From: Dehalococcoidales bacterium
GTDB lineage: Bacteria; Chloroflexota; Dehalococcoidia; Dehalococcoidales; RBG-16-60-22
Direction: 5' to 3'
DNA: 64,000 bases
Assembly (NCBI GenBank): GCA_034430755.1
Contig: DAOUDY010000028.1
Coordinates: 3,608 to 67,607 of the forward strand
Made by a program: the position numbers and the translations under genes. Positions 18,396 through 28,065 of this stretch are shown one piece after another; within the stretch, counting starts at the first letter, position 1; each line of letters begins with the position of its first letter. The notes under the pieces are model-generated. The model was given only the letters and a program-made list of their open reading frames with translations. It did no database searches and had not been told where the DNA came from.

Positions 18396-19142
18396 TTAGT
18401 CCCCTGAACCTTCCTGCGCTGAGATATTCCTGAAGATGGAAATCTGGCACGTCGTGCCGTCAGAGTCAATATATGGCGCAGCCACGATTTCATACTGTGT
18501 GCCGTCCGGAAAGGGGCATTTCCAGCGACCAATTACGCCTTTTTCGATAACATCGAGCAGTTTACAGTCCCTGCCACATGGGGCATCAAAGTGGTACAGG
18601 TGCTGATAGCAGGGCAGGCCGGTGCCATCGCCGAAGCTATTGGTCATATACGAGTTCATGAATCTGATTTTATAGTCGGGACCGGTAATGAGAATGCCGT
18701 CAGCCATGCCGTCAACGATTTTCAGCAGCCGGTCTCTTCCCGCAGTTAGCATTGTTTCCAGCTGTCGGCACCGCTCCGTCCTGTTGCGGCACATGCCGAT
18801 CAGTGTGCCAATGGCACCGGCGAAAACCGTGAACAGTACGATTCTGATGAGAGGGTCAGGAAACGGGGAAATGAAAAAGGCGCGTGGCAGGAAGATTATG
18901 AAGGAAACCAGCGTTATGATAATAGCGCCTTTTACTCTGGCAACGTGCGCGGCGTAGATAATCGGTACCAGAAACAGAAGGCGATGAATATCGTGGATAC
19001 TGTAGAAAAATTTAAGACGCATGGCGTCCCAGGTTGCCCAGTCCACCAGTTCGCCGAAATAGTAGAATGCGGTGCAGAAGATGAGCATTACGGGCAGGGT
19101 GAACATCTTTAAACCGGGACCACCGTTCGTTTCTTTCACCAT
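18396..19142 (-). CDS. membrane protein: polytopic N-terminal sensor module + Cys-rich PAS-like domain, no output domain
   Basis: 248 aa. The TM region aligns with the N-terminus of the kinase at 21265..22902 (LPRAFFIS vs LPRAVFIS etc.). C-terminal half is PAS-like (LLKIVDGMADGILITGPDYKIRFMN...) with PCY..x..PCGRDC..x..KCP. Confidence 0.6.
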   Translation of the reverse strand: MVKETNGGPGLKMFTLPVMLIFCTAFYYFGELVDWATWDAMRLKFFYSIHDIHRLLFLVPIIYAAHVARVKGAIIITLVSFIIFLPRAFFISPFPDPLIRIVLFTVFAGAIGTLIGMCRNRTERCRQLETMLTAGRDRLLKIVDGMADGILITGPDYKIRFMNSYMTNSFGDGTGLPCYQHLYHFDAPCGRDCKLLDVIEKGVIGRWKCPFPDGTQYEIVAAPYIDSDGTTCQISIFRNISAQEGSGD

Positions 19143-19225
19143 TTCTCTTTATCTCAGGCAAGGAGTGATATTGACATAAAATCATCCGGCTTTAAATCAG
19201 GCGACGGCGCCAGCCGGCCCGGCCC

Positions 19226-19381
19226 TTACGGTTTGCCTGCCTTCAAATTGGCTACCTGATTACCCTGGGCTTTTGCCAGCAGGATTTCGATGCTGTCCAG
19301 TATCAGGCAACAGGCAAATGCCAGCGGGACCATGAAGATAGGTGTCAGCAATATCAGGATGAAAATCAACGGCACTTCCAT
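19226..19381 (-). CDS. unannotated micro-protein sORF1, single TM (51 aa)
   Basis: MEVPLIFILILLTPIFMVPLAFACCLILDSIEILLAKAQGNQVANLKAGKP. GGAGGTG SD 6 nt before ATG. Most divergent member of the five-gene paralog array. Confidence 0.55.
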   Translation of the reverse strand: MEVPLIFILILLTPIFMVPLAFACCLILDSIEILLAKAQGNQVANLKAGKP

Positions 19382-19472
19382 TTCCCTCACCTCCCTTAAT
19401 CAGCGTATCTCTTCACATGGTTTGCCGATTAACAGTTTTTTACTCTTCCTGCCACGGCAGGGATTGGCCACC

Positions 19473-19649
19473 TCAGCAGTTCTTCGGGGGCTCAAGCGCT
19501 ATGGCTAATTCAAACTTCCGCGCCGCTCGCTCCCGGCGTTTTCTTTTGATGGCTCGATAGATTCCGCCGAGGTTCACAAACCAGACAAAGATGCCAGCAA
19601 AGGTAATAAGCGGCACCGCTAGAATGATTGCCATGATATGCCATTCCAT
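19473..19649 (-). CDS. unannotated micro-protein sORF2, single TM (58 aa)
   Basis: MEWHIMAIILAVPLITFAGIFVWFVNLGGIYRAIKRKRRERAARKFELAIALEPPKNC. GGAGAG 6 nt before ATG. Close paralog of sORF5. Confidence 0.65.
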   Translation of the reverse strand: MEWHIMAIILAVPLITFAGIFVWFVNLGGIYRAIKRKRRERAARKFELAIALEPPKNC

Positions 19650-19696
19650 AGTCGGCTCTCCGTTTTACCTCTGGTCTAAGACCATCGATGGTATTT

Positions 19697-19861
19697 TCAG
19701 GTTGTGCTGGTGGTCTGGTGGCTCTGAGCCGGTGCTTTCTTGCGCTTTCTATCGCGAATGCAACAGAATAAACCCTTGATCGCGCAACACCAGATAAGCA
19801 ATGGCCATACGATGACTATAGGTACAATGAGCACTAGAAGTATGATAAACCCCCACTCCAT
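19697..19861 (-). CDS. unannotated micro-protein sORF3, single TM (54 aa)
   Basis: MEWGFIILLVLIVPIVIVWPLLIWCCAIKGLFCCIRDRKRKKAPAQSHQTTSTT. AAGGAGGTG 5 nt before ATG. Close paralog of sORF4. Confidence 0.7.
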   Translation of the reverse strand: MEWGFIILLVLIVPIVIVWPLLIWCCAIKGLFCCIRDRKRKKAPAQSHQTTSTT

Positions 19862-19914
19862 TTTCACACCTCCTTACCATTGCTGTAGGCTCTGCATTAT
19901 TCTTAAATTCTTCC

Positions 19915-20067
19915 TCACGGCCTTTTAGGCTCAGTAGTTGCTTTCTGGTATATCCGCTCGCGAACCAGGTCGTACAGGATTTTGATGGCTCCGGCCCAGA
20001 TGAGAGCCGGCCACAGGATTACGAAAGGCACGACGAGCGCCAGAAGTATAATGAATCCCGGCTCCAT
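19915..20067 (-). CDS. unannotated micro-protein sORF4, single TM (50 aa)
   Basis: MEPGFIILLALVVPFVILWPALIWAGAIKILYDLVRERIYQKATTEPKRP. Purine-rich GAAGGGGGGGAAG before ATG. The 65-aa track ORF 19931..20128 is the wrong frame over the same DNA. Confidence 0.65.
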   Translation of the reverse strand: MEPGFIILLALVVPFVILWPALIWAGAIKILYDLVRERIYQKATTEPKRP

Positions 20068-20164
20068 TTTTCTTCCCCCCCTTCAAAGTGTAGGCTTTGT
20101 TTTTCACCGGCAATACTCTATACCGCATCTCGTAACAATGACTCCTTGTTTATTTTAATCCCCT

Positions 20165-20323
20165 TTATTCCATCTCAACCCTCTTTTTAAGGGCAACCCT
20201 CTTTCTCCGGGCGTTTTTCAGAGCGGTGTAGATACCACCGATGTTGGTGTACCAAACGAATGCCGCTGGAAAGAGGATTATTGGTATGGCGATGATCAGT
20301 GCTAAGATGAATTCCCAGTGCAT
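20165..20323 (-). CDS. unannotated micro-protein sORF5, single TM (52 aa)
   Basis: MHWEFILALIIAIPIILFPAAFVWYTNIGGIYTALKNARRKRVALKKRVEME. GGAGGT 9 nt before ATG. First gene of the array. Confidence 0.65.
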   Translation of the reverse strand: MHWEFILALIIAIPIILFPAAFVWYTNIGGIYTALKNARRKRVALKKRVEME

Positions 20324-20540
20324 CTTCCTGTTACCTCCACTATAACCTTATCACTGCGCTGTCAAAGATAGCTTCCGCTGCGATGCCTATTTCTGAGTTC
20401 CAGAAAGGCGTATTCTCTGCTGTCTTGAATTACGTATTTAAACTATTAATAACCGTGACTTGATAGGCAATTATACTTAGTGATGGCCGCGCCCGATTAA
20501 TGGCCATCTGTTGATATTGAGCGGTTGGAGAAAAAAAGGT

Positions 20541-21230
20541 ATGATAAGGGTGAGGAGCAGTGATTTGAAGAGCATCAGAGTCCTGATTGCTGATGACCAT
20601 GCTGTAGTGCGGGAGGGTACCCGTCAGATTCTGGAGCAGGAATCGGACATAAATGTTGTTGCCGAAGCTGCCGATGGGGAAGAAGCGGTAAGGCTGGCAG
20701 CCGATTCCGATCCTGATGTCATCATCATGGACATATCCATGCCCAAGCTGGACGGCGTCGAGGCGACCAGGCAGATAAAGGAGCTTCATCCCAATATCGC
20801 CATCCTCATTCTTACCGCCTATGATGATGACCAGTTTGTCTTTAATTTAATTGAGGCCGGAGCTGCCGGTTACCTGCTCAAGAGCGTGCGCGGCCGGGAG
20901 CTGGTGGAGGCAATACGGGCGGTAAACGCCGGGGAATCGGTGCTGCATCCGGCAATCGCCCGGAAGGTGCTCAATCGGTTCGCCCCGGCGGCCGGTAAAG
21001 AGTCAAAGCAAAGGGTTCTGGAAGTGCTCAGTGACCGCGAGGTGGAGGTATTGAGGCTGGCGGCAAGAGGACTGAGCAACCAGGATATTGCCGCTGAGCT
21101 CTGTTTGAGTCTGCGCACGGTTCAGGCCCATCTGGGACATATCTTCAACAAGCTGCAGGTCAGCTCGCGGACGGAGGCCGTGGTGCGCGCTCTCAAAGAG
21201 AGCTGGATCACCCTCGATGATATCGCCTGA
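20541..21230 (+). CDS. NarL/LuxR-family response regulator
   Basis: REC (IRVLIADDH...IMDISMPKLDG) + LuxR HTH (LSDREVEVLRLAARGLSNQDIAAELCLSLRTVQAHL). The track ORF starts at 20511. ATG 20541 or TTG 20565 (GGTGAGGAG SD) are more plausible starts. Confidence 0.9.
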   Translation: MIRVRSSDLKSIRVLIADDHAVVREGTRQILEQESDINVVAEAADGEEAVRLAADSDPDVIIMDISMPKLDGVEATRQIKELHPNIAILILTAYDDDQFVFNLIEAGAAGYLLKSVRGRELVEAIRAVNAGESVLHPAIARKVLNRFAPAAGKESKQRVLEVLSDREVEVLRLAARGLSNQDIAAELCLSLRTVQAHLGHIFNKLQVSSRTEAVVRALKESWITLDDIA

Positions 21231-21264
21231 TAAGTACGACGGGTGAAAAACCTGAGGGAGTAAT

Positions 21265-22902
21265 GTGACCGGATATTCATTCACGCGGTGGCTGATAGGG
21301 GCGCTCCGCAGCCCCGTTCTCTGGTTCATTCTGATACTGCTCAGCCTGATTACCATACCGTATTATGCCGAAGCCCTCGCCTTCCCTTCGTTCATCATCG
21401 AGTTGATTTCCAAGCTTGACCTGGACCGGCACGCCTTCGAGCGGATACTCTATCTGGCACCGATTGTCTGGGCGGGGTTTATCTTTGGCTGGAGGGGGTC
21501 TGTCGTTATATCCGTGATGGCCCTGGTGCTCATGTTGCCCCGGGCAGTCTTCATTTCAGAACACCCCCGGGATGCACTTTTTGAGACCGGCGCCGTCTTC
21601 ATCGTGGGCAATGTGCTGGCCATCAGTTTTGCCTCGCTGCGCCGGGAGAGGGAGTATCGCACGCAGCTTGAGGTCGCCAGGCACGACCTCGAGGCCAATA
21701 TTGAAATTATCCGGGGAAATGAAAGACAGCTGGCCGTGCTGAACCAGATTGCCAGCACCGTATCCCAGTCCCTGGATTTGAATCAGGTACTGGACAGCGC
21801 CATCGGCAATGTGGTTGACGTCATGCAGGTTGATATCGCCTGGATATATCTGCTGGATGAGGAATTTGGAGAGCTGGTGATGAGCGTCCACCGGGGCATT
21901 CTGGAGGAGGTGGTAAAAGGGGTGGATAGATTAAAAGTCGGCGAAGGTTTCAATGGTCGGGTGGCACAGACGGGGGAGCCATTGTTTGTGTACGATGCTT
22001 CTCAGGATTCGAGGCTTACTCGCGAGGTGGTCAGCAAGCATAACATACAGTCACTGCTCATTGTCCCGCTGCGCTACCGGGCCAAAGTAAATGGCACGCT
22101 CTGCGTTGCCATGTATCGCCAGCGGGAATTTCATCAGGAAGAGATAGACCTGTTAACCGCCATTGGCAATCAGATTGGTGTGGCCGTGGAGAATGCCCGA
22201 CTTTACCAGCAGCAGCAGGGCGTCGCCGAGCAGATGCGCGGCATGCAGGAGAACCTGCGTTTTTACCTGCAGCAGGTGACCAAAGCGCAGGAGGAGGAAA
22301 GAAAGCGTATTTCCCGCGAACTGCATGACGATACGGTACAGGACCTGGTGGTCCTTTCCCGTCAGCTTGACACGCTGGCCTCCGGCAGCGAGCTTTCAAA
22401 GGAAAACCGTCGCAATCTGGAGGAACTCTGGCAAAAGACAAACGATATCATCAAGGAAGTGCGTCGCTTGAGCCAGGACCTGCGACCGGCGGCACTGGAC
22501 CGTCTGGGGCTGTTGCCGGCTCTGGAGCGGCTGGCTTCGGACACCGCCGATTACTCTGGAATAGAGACCGCGGTTAAAGTAAGTGGCAAGGAAAGGCGTC
22601 TCAACGAAGAGGTGGAACTCGTCCTGTTCCGTATCACGCAGGAGGCGCTGCGTAACGTATGGCGGCATGCGCAGGCAACCAGGGTTGAGATTGCCGTTGC
22701 TTTTGAAAAGAACAGGGTTAAAGTGACCGTCAGCGATAACGGGAAGGGCTTTGAAATTCCCGATAAACTCGGGACGCTGGCCCGTGATGGCAAGCTCGGC
22801 CTGGCCGGTATGCAGGAGCGGGCTCAACTCATCGGAGGCGAACTCACCGTAAACTCAGCGGCGGGCGAAGGTTCTACCGTAACCGTGGAGGTGCCGGTTT
22901 AG
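21265..22902 (+). CDS. sensor histidine kinase: polytopic N-terminal module + GAF + HisKA_3 + HATPase (NarX/DegS type)
   Basis: 545 aa. GAF region ([11 protein letters not shown]...[15 protein letters not shown]), H-box [19 protein letters not shown]...[12 protein letters not shown] start in track. Confidence 0.9.
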   Translation: MTGYSFTRWLIGALRSPVLWFILILLSLITIPYYAEALAFPSFIIELISKLDLDRHAFERILYLAPIVWAGFIFGWRGSVVISVMALVLMLPRAVFISEHPRDALFETGAVFIVGNVLAISFASLRREREYRTQLEVARHDLEANIEIIRGNERQLAVLNQIASTVSQSLDLNQVLDSAIGNVVDVMQVDIAWIYLLDEEFGELVMSVHRGILEEVVKGVDRLKVGEGFNGRVAQTGEPLFVYDASQDSRLTREVVSKHNIQSLLIVPLRYRAKVNGTLCVAMYRQREFHQEEIDLLTAIGNQIGVAVENARLYQQQQGVAEQMRGMQENLRFYLQQVTKAQEEERKRISRELHDDTVQDLVVLSRQLDTLASGSELSKENRRNLEELWQKTNDIIKEVRRLSQDLRPAALDRLGLLPALERLASDTADYSGIETAVKVSGKERRLNEEVELVLFRITQEALRNVWRHAQATRVEIAVAFEKNRVKVTVSDNGKGFEIPDKLGTLARDGKLGLAGMQERAQLIGGELTVNSAAGEGSTVTVEVPV

Positions 22903-23336
22903 TCTGACTTTTCTGCCAAGGAAATGGAAACGCTGTCCTGCCTTACGTTTTTCCGTGTCCAGTCGACGATTTCAGCAATCGGGGTTCCCGGCAGGAACAC
23001 CTGTTTGATGCCGGCCTTCTTCAATCTGGGGATGTCTTCCTCTGGAATGATGCCGCCGCCAATGACGGTGATGTCGCCGGCACCGGCGGCTCTCAACTGC
23101 CTGACTACTTCGGGGAACAGGTAAAGATGCGCCCCGGAAAGGCAGCTCAAGCCAATCAGGTCTACATCTTCCTGAATTGCGGCGCTTACAATCTGCTCCG
23201 GGGTCTGGTGCACCCCGGTATAGATGACTTCAAATCCGGCGTCGCGGAGGCCGCGGGCGATAACCCTGGCGCCACGGTCATGGCCATCCAGGCCAGGCTT
23301 GGCAATTAGCACCCGCAATTTCCGGTCGCGTTCCAT
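22899..23336 (-). CDS. B12-binding small subunit of a split acyl-CoA mutase (IcmB-like size)
   Basis: 145 aa. [18 protein letters not shown] contains the DxHxxG cobalamin-binding motif. Its stop codon overlaps the stop codon of the convergent kinase gene. Confidence 0.85.
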   Translation of the reverse strand: MERDRKLRVLIAKPGLDGHDRGARVIARGLRDAGFEVIYTGVHQTPEQIVSAAIQEDVDLIGLSCLSGAHLYLFPEVVRQLRAAGAGDITVIGGGIIPEEDIPRLKKAGIKQVFLPGTPIAEIVDWTRKNVRQDSVSISLAEKSD

Positions 23337-23370
23337 TGCTTCTCCTGCTTATGTCCCGGTAATTCCAAAG

Positions 23371-25047
23371 CTAGAAGAACCCGGGGTCGCGGTACTCTCC
23401 AAAGGCCTCGCGATAAACATCGCATATCTCCTGCTCGGTGGCATAGGCCCTGACCGCCTCAATGACGCAGGGCATGACGTTTTTATCGCTCCGGCAGGCG
23501 GCACGGAGGTCGTCGAGTGTTTTTAATACTGTCCGGTTGTCCCGGGCCCTCTTCACTTCTCTTAATCTTTTGGCCTGCCCTGCCTCCACCTTTTCGTCAA
23601 TCTTCAATATCTCAATGGGGGCCTCTTCTTCAGCACGGTATTTGTTCACTCCCACCACCACCTTTTCCTGGTTATCCACCTGCTGCTTGAACCTGTAGGC
23701 GGCATTGGCGATCTCCCGCTGCGGAAAGCCCCGGTCGATTGCGGCGAGCATTCCGCCCATGTCGTCAATCCCTTTGATGTATTTCCAGGCTTCATCTTCT
23801 ATCTGGCTGGTCAGGGCCTCGATGAAATAAGAACCGGCCAGGGGGTCAATGGTGTTGACCACGCCGGTCTCTTCGGCCAGGAGCTGCTGGGTGCGGAGGG
23901 CAATGGTGGCGGCGAATTCTGTGGGCAGGGCATACTCCTCGTCGAAGGAATTGGTATGGAGGGACTGGGTTCCGCCCAGCACTGCCGCCAGCGCCTCGGT
24001 GGCAGTGCGGACGATGTTATTGTACGGCTGCTGGTGCGTCAGCGAGCAGCCGGCCGTCTGCGTGTGGAACCTGAGCCACCAGGAGCGGGGGTTCTTCGCC
24101 TGGAACCGGTCCCTCATGATTTTGGCCCACATCCGCCGCGCCGCCCGGAACTTGGCGATTTCCTCGAAGAAGTCCATGTGAGAGTCAAAGAAGAAAGACA
24201 GCCTCGGGGCGAAGGCGTCAACGTCCAGTTTTTTACGCGCTATGACATCCTGAACGTAGGCGATGCCATCGGCCAGGGTGAAGGCCAGCTCCTGTACGGC
24301 GGTGGCGCCTGCCTCGCGGATATGGTAGCCGCTGATGCTGATGGTGTTCCAGCGCGGCACATGGTGAGTGCCGAACTCGATGGTGTCACTGATAAGCCTT
24401 ATCGACGGTTCCGGGGGGCACATAAAAGTTTTCTGGGCAATGAACTCTTTGAGCATGTCATTTTGAATGGTGCCGCCCACCCGGTCCCAGCTCACTCCCT
24501 GCCTCTCGGCGGCCACGAGGTACATTGCCCAGAGCACGCTGGCGGGTGGATTGATGGTCATGGAGGTGGTCACTTTGTCCAGGGGAATATTTCTGGTCAG
24601 GACTTCAAAGTCGGCCAGAGTGTCGATAGCCACCCCGCACTTGCCGACCTCGGCTCTGGCCTTTGGTGAATCGGAATCGTAGCCCATAAGGGTGGGGAAG
24701 TCAAAGGCGGTGCTCAGGCCCGTCTCGCCCTCTTTTAGAAGCTGGTGCCACCGCCGGTTGGTATCCTCGGCGGTGCCGAGGCCGGAGAACATGCGGAAAG
24801 TCCAGACCCTGCCCCGGTAGCCGGTGGCCTGGCAGCCGCGGGTGAACGGGAAAAAGCCGGGGTAGCCGATTTCACGGTCAAAGTCCAGGTCGCGAATATC
24901 CTCCGGGGTGTATATCGGGTTTACCAGCAGGTCGGAAATGGTGGATAATCGCTTCTTTGCCAGCAGGTCAGGGGCGGTTCTGGTAACCTCGGCCTCCCAT
25001 TTTTTTATCCCCTGGCGAGCATCGGCCAGCGTCTTCTCATCGAACAT
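23371..25047 (-). CDS. acyl-CoA mutase large (substrate-binding) subunit, isobutyryl-CoA-mutase-like residue signature
   Basis: 558 aa. Aligns by eye along its length with methylmalonyl-CoA mutase alpha ([12 protein letters not shown]..., [36 protein letters not shown]). It has WTFRMFSG (Phe at the MCM Tyr89 position) and KEFIAQKT (Gln at the MCM Arg207 position). Confidence 0.9.
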   Translation of the reverse strand: MFDEKTLADARQGIKKWEAEVTRTAPDLLAKKRLSTISDLLVNPIYTPEDIRDLDFDREIGYPGFFPFTRGCQATGYRGRVWTFRMFSGLGTAEDTNRRWHQLLKEGETGLSTAFDFPTLMGYDSDSPKARAEVGKCGVAIDTLADFEVLTRNIPLDKVTTSMTINPPASVLWAMYLVAAERQGVSWDRVGGTIQNDMLKEFIAQKTFMCPPEPSIRLISDTIEFGTHHVPRWNTISISGYHIREAGATAVQELAFTLADGIAYVQDVIARKKLDVDAFAPRLSFFFDSHMDFFEEIAKFRAARRMWAKIMRDRFQAKNPRSWWLRFHTQTAGCSLTHQQPYNNIVRTATEALAAVLGGTQSLHTNSFDEEYALPTEFAATIALRTQQLLAEETGVVNTIDPLAGSYFIEALTSQIEDEAWKYIKGIDDMGGMLAAIDRGFPQREIANAAYRFKQQVDNQEKVVVGVNKYRAEEEAPIEILKIDEKVEAGQAKRLREVKRARDNRTVLKTLDDLRAACRSDKNVMPCVIEAVRAYATEQEICDVYREAFGEYRDPGFF

Positions 25048-25063
25048 GGTCGTCCACCGCCCT

Positions 25064-25624
25064 TCAGGCCTGACGGGTGGCCTGCGTATTCGATTGCGTC
25101 CAGGTAGAACCCTTGTGGAGCGACCTTTTATTTATCTCCAGCCGCTCCGGGTTTTTGGCCAGCATAGCCTCCATTATCTGGATAACGCTGTTTACGGAAA
25201 CGACGGCGCGACAGGCCAGCAGGGCGCCGAGGGCAACCAGATTGCTGCCCCCGCTGTCCCCCAGCTCAGCGGCAAGGTCGTAGGCCGGGATATAGACGAT
25301 GCGTATATCCTGCCGTGCTGACGTTTCCGGAACAAGCGACTGATTGACCACAAGCAGTCCGCCGGCCTTGGTGGTCTGTTCGGACCTGGCCAGGGAAGCC
25401 GAGTTCATGGCTACGGCGATGGTGGGCCGGGAGATAAACAGCGCCCCAATGCGTTCATCGGAAATGGTGACGTTGCACCACACCGTACCTCCCCTTTTTT
25501 CGGCGCCGTACGAGGGCATGTATACCACTTCCCGGTTTTCTCGGAAAGCGGCCTCGGTGAGCAGCCGCCCGATGAACAGCACCCCCTGTCCGCCAAAGCC
25601 GCCTATGACGATTTCCTCATGCAT
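25064..25624 (-). CDS. 2-oxoacid:ferredoxin oxidoreductase, gamma subunit
   Basis: 186 aa. [19 protein letters not shown]-terminus typical of OFOR gamma. 8-nt overlap with beta. Confidence 0.85.
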   Translation of the reverse strand: MHEEIVIGGFGGQGVLFIGRLLTEAAFRENREVVYMPSYGAEKRGGTVWCNVTISDERIGALFISRPTIAVAMNSASLARSEQTTKAGGLLVVNQSLVPETSARQDIRIVYIPAYDLAAELGDSGGSNLVALGALLACRAVVSVNSVIQIMEAMLAKNPERLEINKRSLHKGSTWTQSNTQATRQA

Positions 25625-26417
25625 GATGGCCCTCTTTTTTCAATGCCGCAACGGCTTCAATCACCTTGTATTCTCCGAGTGGATAATGGGGGAGCATGTT
25701 TTCCGCAAGCCATTCCATGGCCTTTATCGGCTCCACGCGCCAGTTGGTCGGGCAGGGAGAAAGCACCTCGACCAGCGACATGCCCAGATTGGCGAGCTGG
25801 ACCCGGAAAGCGAGCTTTATCGCCTGCTTGGCTTTTCTGACCGCGGCCGGACTGTGCACGGCAACGCGGGCGATATACGCGGTGCCTTCCAGTGTAGACA
25901 GCATCTCGCAGACGCGGATGGGATGGCCGGCCAGAGACGCTTCCCGCCCCCCGGGGGTTGAGGTCGAGTACATGCCGGGGAGCGTGGTGGGGGCCATCTG
26001 ACCTCCGGTCATGCCGTAGATGGCGTTGTTGACGAAGATGGTGGTGATATTTTCCCCGCGGGCACAGGCGTGCACTATCTCGGCGGTGCCGATGGCCGCC
26101 AGGTCGCCGTCACCCTGGTAGGTGAAGGGGACGAGGTGGGGGTGGCACCTTTTGATGGCGGTGGCCACAGCCGGGGCGCGTCCGTGGGCCGACTCCAGGC
26201 CGTCGGATTTGAAATAGTGGTAGGAATTGACCGAGCAGCCAATGGAAGCCACGCATATCGCTCTCTCTTTGATTTTCAGCTCGTCGATTACCTCGGCGAC
26301 CAGTCGAAAAACAATACCGTGGCCGCAACCAGGACAGAAGTGAAAGGGATGCTCCTCCATTGATTCCGGCCGCTGGTATACTACTGTTTCCAGTTTGTTG
26401 TCTTCCAGATGAGCCAC
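25617..26417 (-). CDS. 2-oxoacid:ferredoxin oxidoreductase, beta (TPP-binding) subunit
   Basis: 266 aa. FCPGCGHG, GDGDLAAIG...NNAIYGMTGGQ. Confidence 0.9.
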   Translation of the reverse strand: MAHLEDNKLETVVYQRPESMEEHPFHFCPGCGHGIVFRLVAEVIDELKIKERAICVASIGCSVNSYHYFKSDGLESAHGRAPAVATAIKRCHPHLVPFTYQGDGDLAAIGTAEIVHACARGENITTIFVNNAIYGMTGGQMAPTTLPGMYSTSTPGGREASLAGHPIRVCEMLSTLEGTAYIARVAVHSPAAVRKAKQAIKLAFRVQLANLGMSLVEVLSPCPTNWRVEPIKAMEWLAENMLPHYPLGEYKVIEAVAALKKEGHHA

Positions 26418-26424
26418 TTCAACC

Positions 26425-27483
26425 CTACTTTATTATTTTTTCTACGGCTTCCAGTATCTCATCGGCAGAGATGGGCACGCCGGCAAACTGATTGACCAGC
26501 GCCACCTGCGCCTCCGCGCTCATGGAAAGCCTGACATCTTCGATAAGCTGGCCGCAGCTCAGCTCCGCCACCAGGAAACGCCTAATCTTCCGTGATAAAT
26601 CGGACAGGGGTTTAACGGGGAAGGGGAAAAGGGTGACGGGGCGGAATATACCGACTTTGAGGCCGTCCTCGCGGGCCATTTTCATGGCCGTCATCGCGGC
26701 ACGGAAGGCGCTGCCGTAGGCGACGATGACCAGAGAAGCGTCATCGAGGTTGATGCCTTCGTAGCGTACTTCACCTTGCTTTATTTTCTCGAACTTCTGC
26801 CGCAATAACTCAACGCGCGGGCGGTAATCAACCGGGTCCATGGCAAAGGAATTGATGATGTTCTTGGGGCGCCCCACTGCTCCCGTGATGGCCCATGGTT
26901 TTTGGGGAAATTTTGTGACGGGCTGGCGCATGGTTACCGGCTCAACGGCCTGGCCGAGGAAGCCATCAGGCAGCAGCGCCACCGGATTGCGGTATTTATC
27001 GGCGAGTTCGAAGGCGAGCATGGTGAGGTCCATCATCTCCTGCACTGATGATGGGGCCAGGGTGATAATGTGATAGTCCCCGTGTCCTCCTCCTTTAGTG
27101 GCCTGAAAATAGTCGCCCTGGGCGCCGCCGATATCGCCCAGACCCGGCCCGCCGCGCATCACATTCACCACCACCGCCGGGATTTCGGCACCGGCCATGT
27201 AGGAGATGCCCTCCTGCTGCAGGCTGAAACCGGGGCTGGAGGTGGAAGTCATGGCGCGGCAGCCAGACGCCGCAGCACCGTAGACCATATTGATGGCGGA
27301 CAGCTCGCTCTCCGTCTGGACGAAGACCCGTCCTTCCTCCGGCATCCGTTTTGACATGTGCTCGAGGAGCTCGTTCTGGGGGGTAATGGGGTAGCCAAAG
27401 TAGGCATGGCAGCCAGCTAATATGGCACCTTCAGCGATGGCGATATTACCGGCCATTAAAGTCTTTTCAGACACTGAAAACAC
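26425..27483 (-). CDS. 2-oxoacid:ferredoxin oxidoreductase, alpha subunit
   Basis: 352 aa. LMAGNIAIAEGAILAGC...YPITPQNE motif. GTG start in track; exact start uncertain. Confidence 0.9.
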   Translation of the reverse strand: MFSVSEKTLMAGNIAIAEGAILAGCHAYFGYPITPQNELLEHMSKRMPEEGRVFVQTESELSAINMVYGAAASGCRAMTSTSSPGFSLQQEGISYMAGAEIPAVVVNVMRGGPGLGDIGGAQGDYFQATKGGGHGDYHIITLAPSSVQEMMDLTMLAFELADKYRNPVALLPDGFLGQAVEPVTMRQPVTKFPQKPWAITGAVGRPKNIINSFAMDPVDYRPRVELLRQKFEKIKQGEVRYEGINLDDASLVIVAYGSAFRAAMTAMKMAREDGLKVGIFRPVTLFPFPVKPLSDLSRKIRRFLVAELSCGQLIEDVRLSMSAEAQVALVNQFAGVPISADEILEAVEKIIK

Positions 27484-27516
27484 CTAAAGCGAAAGCAGTC
27501 GCACGGCGACCTTATT

Positions 27517-27762
27517 TCATGCTTTATTGAGGCGATGTACGGTAATGGCGATATCCGGGCACATCAGGGCGCAGATGCCGCAGCCGGTGCAGTCGCGGGC
27601 TTTCCCTTCATTGACCTCGGCCGGCGTATATCCCATGCGGTTGATGTGGGAGGCGGGTCTGAGAACTTCTTTGGGGCAGAAGGCGATGCAGAGATGGCAG
27701 CCTTTACACCTTTCAGTGTCTATGACGACATAGCTTTGGTTCAGCTTAGTTGAAGTGACCAT
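27517..27762 (-). CDS. 2-oxoacid:ferredoxin oxidoreductase, delta subunit (2x[4Fe-4S] ferredoxin)
   Basis: CKGCHLCIAFCP and CTGCGICALMCP clusters. I place the start at ATG 27762 (MVTSTKL..., AAGGGGGGTGG SD), not the track start 27780. Confidence 0.8.
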   Translation of the reverse strand: MVTSTKLNQSYVVIDTERCKGCHLCIAFCPKEVLRPASHINRMGYTPAEVNEGKARDCTGCGICALMCPDIAITVHRLNKA

Positions 27763-28026
27763 AGTGCCACCCCCCTTCACCGGCCATTATGAAGGGAAAG
27801 AATTTATCCACCCTTAATTATCGGCCCTGTGCTTTATTTGGTCAAGGGGCAAAATATGGAGGGAAAGATGTAAACTATTTAAAATCATCGTCTGATTTAA
27901 ATGTATTCAGTCATTATTTTGCCTGATTACAGCAGACAGGGAAGTAAAGTCGGCTAAAAGCAGCGAAAAACCATTCATTAATATTTTTGTGGGCTCAAGA
28001 GGGGTGAATTTTTAAATTTGCATGAA

Positions 28027-28055
28027 TTGACAGGGCAGGTGACCCGTGCCATACT
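28027..28055 (+). promoter_or_regulatory. candidate promoter of the Lrp/AsnC gene (near-leaderless)
   Basis: TTGACA (28027-28032), 17-nt spacer, CATACT (28050-28055). The likely start codon ATG 28066 is only ~10 nt downstream and has no SD. Confidence 0.4.
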
Positions 28056-28065
28056 ATTGTCTGTC

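Noticed and set aside
19931-20128. 65-aa track ORF in the micro-protein region
   Set aside because: It overlaps sORF4 in a different frame and is a very basic, non-hydrophobic peptide with no paralogs. The sORF4 frame is the one conserved with the four other micro-proteins.
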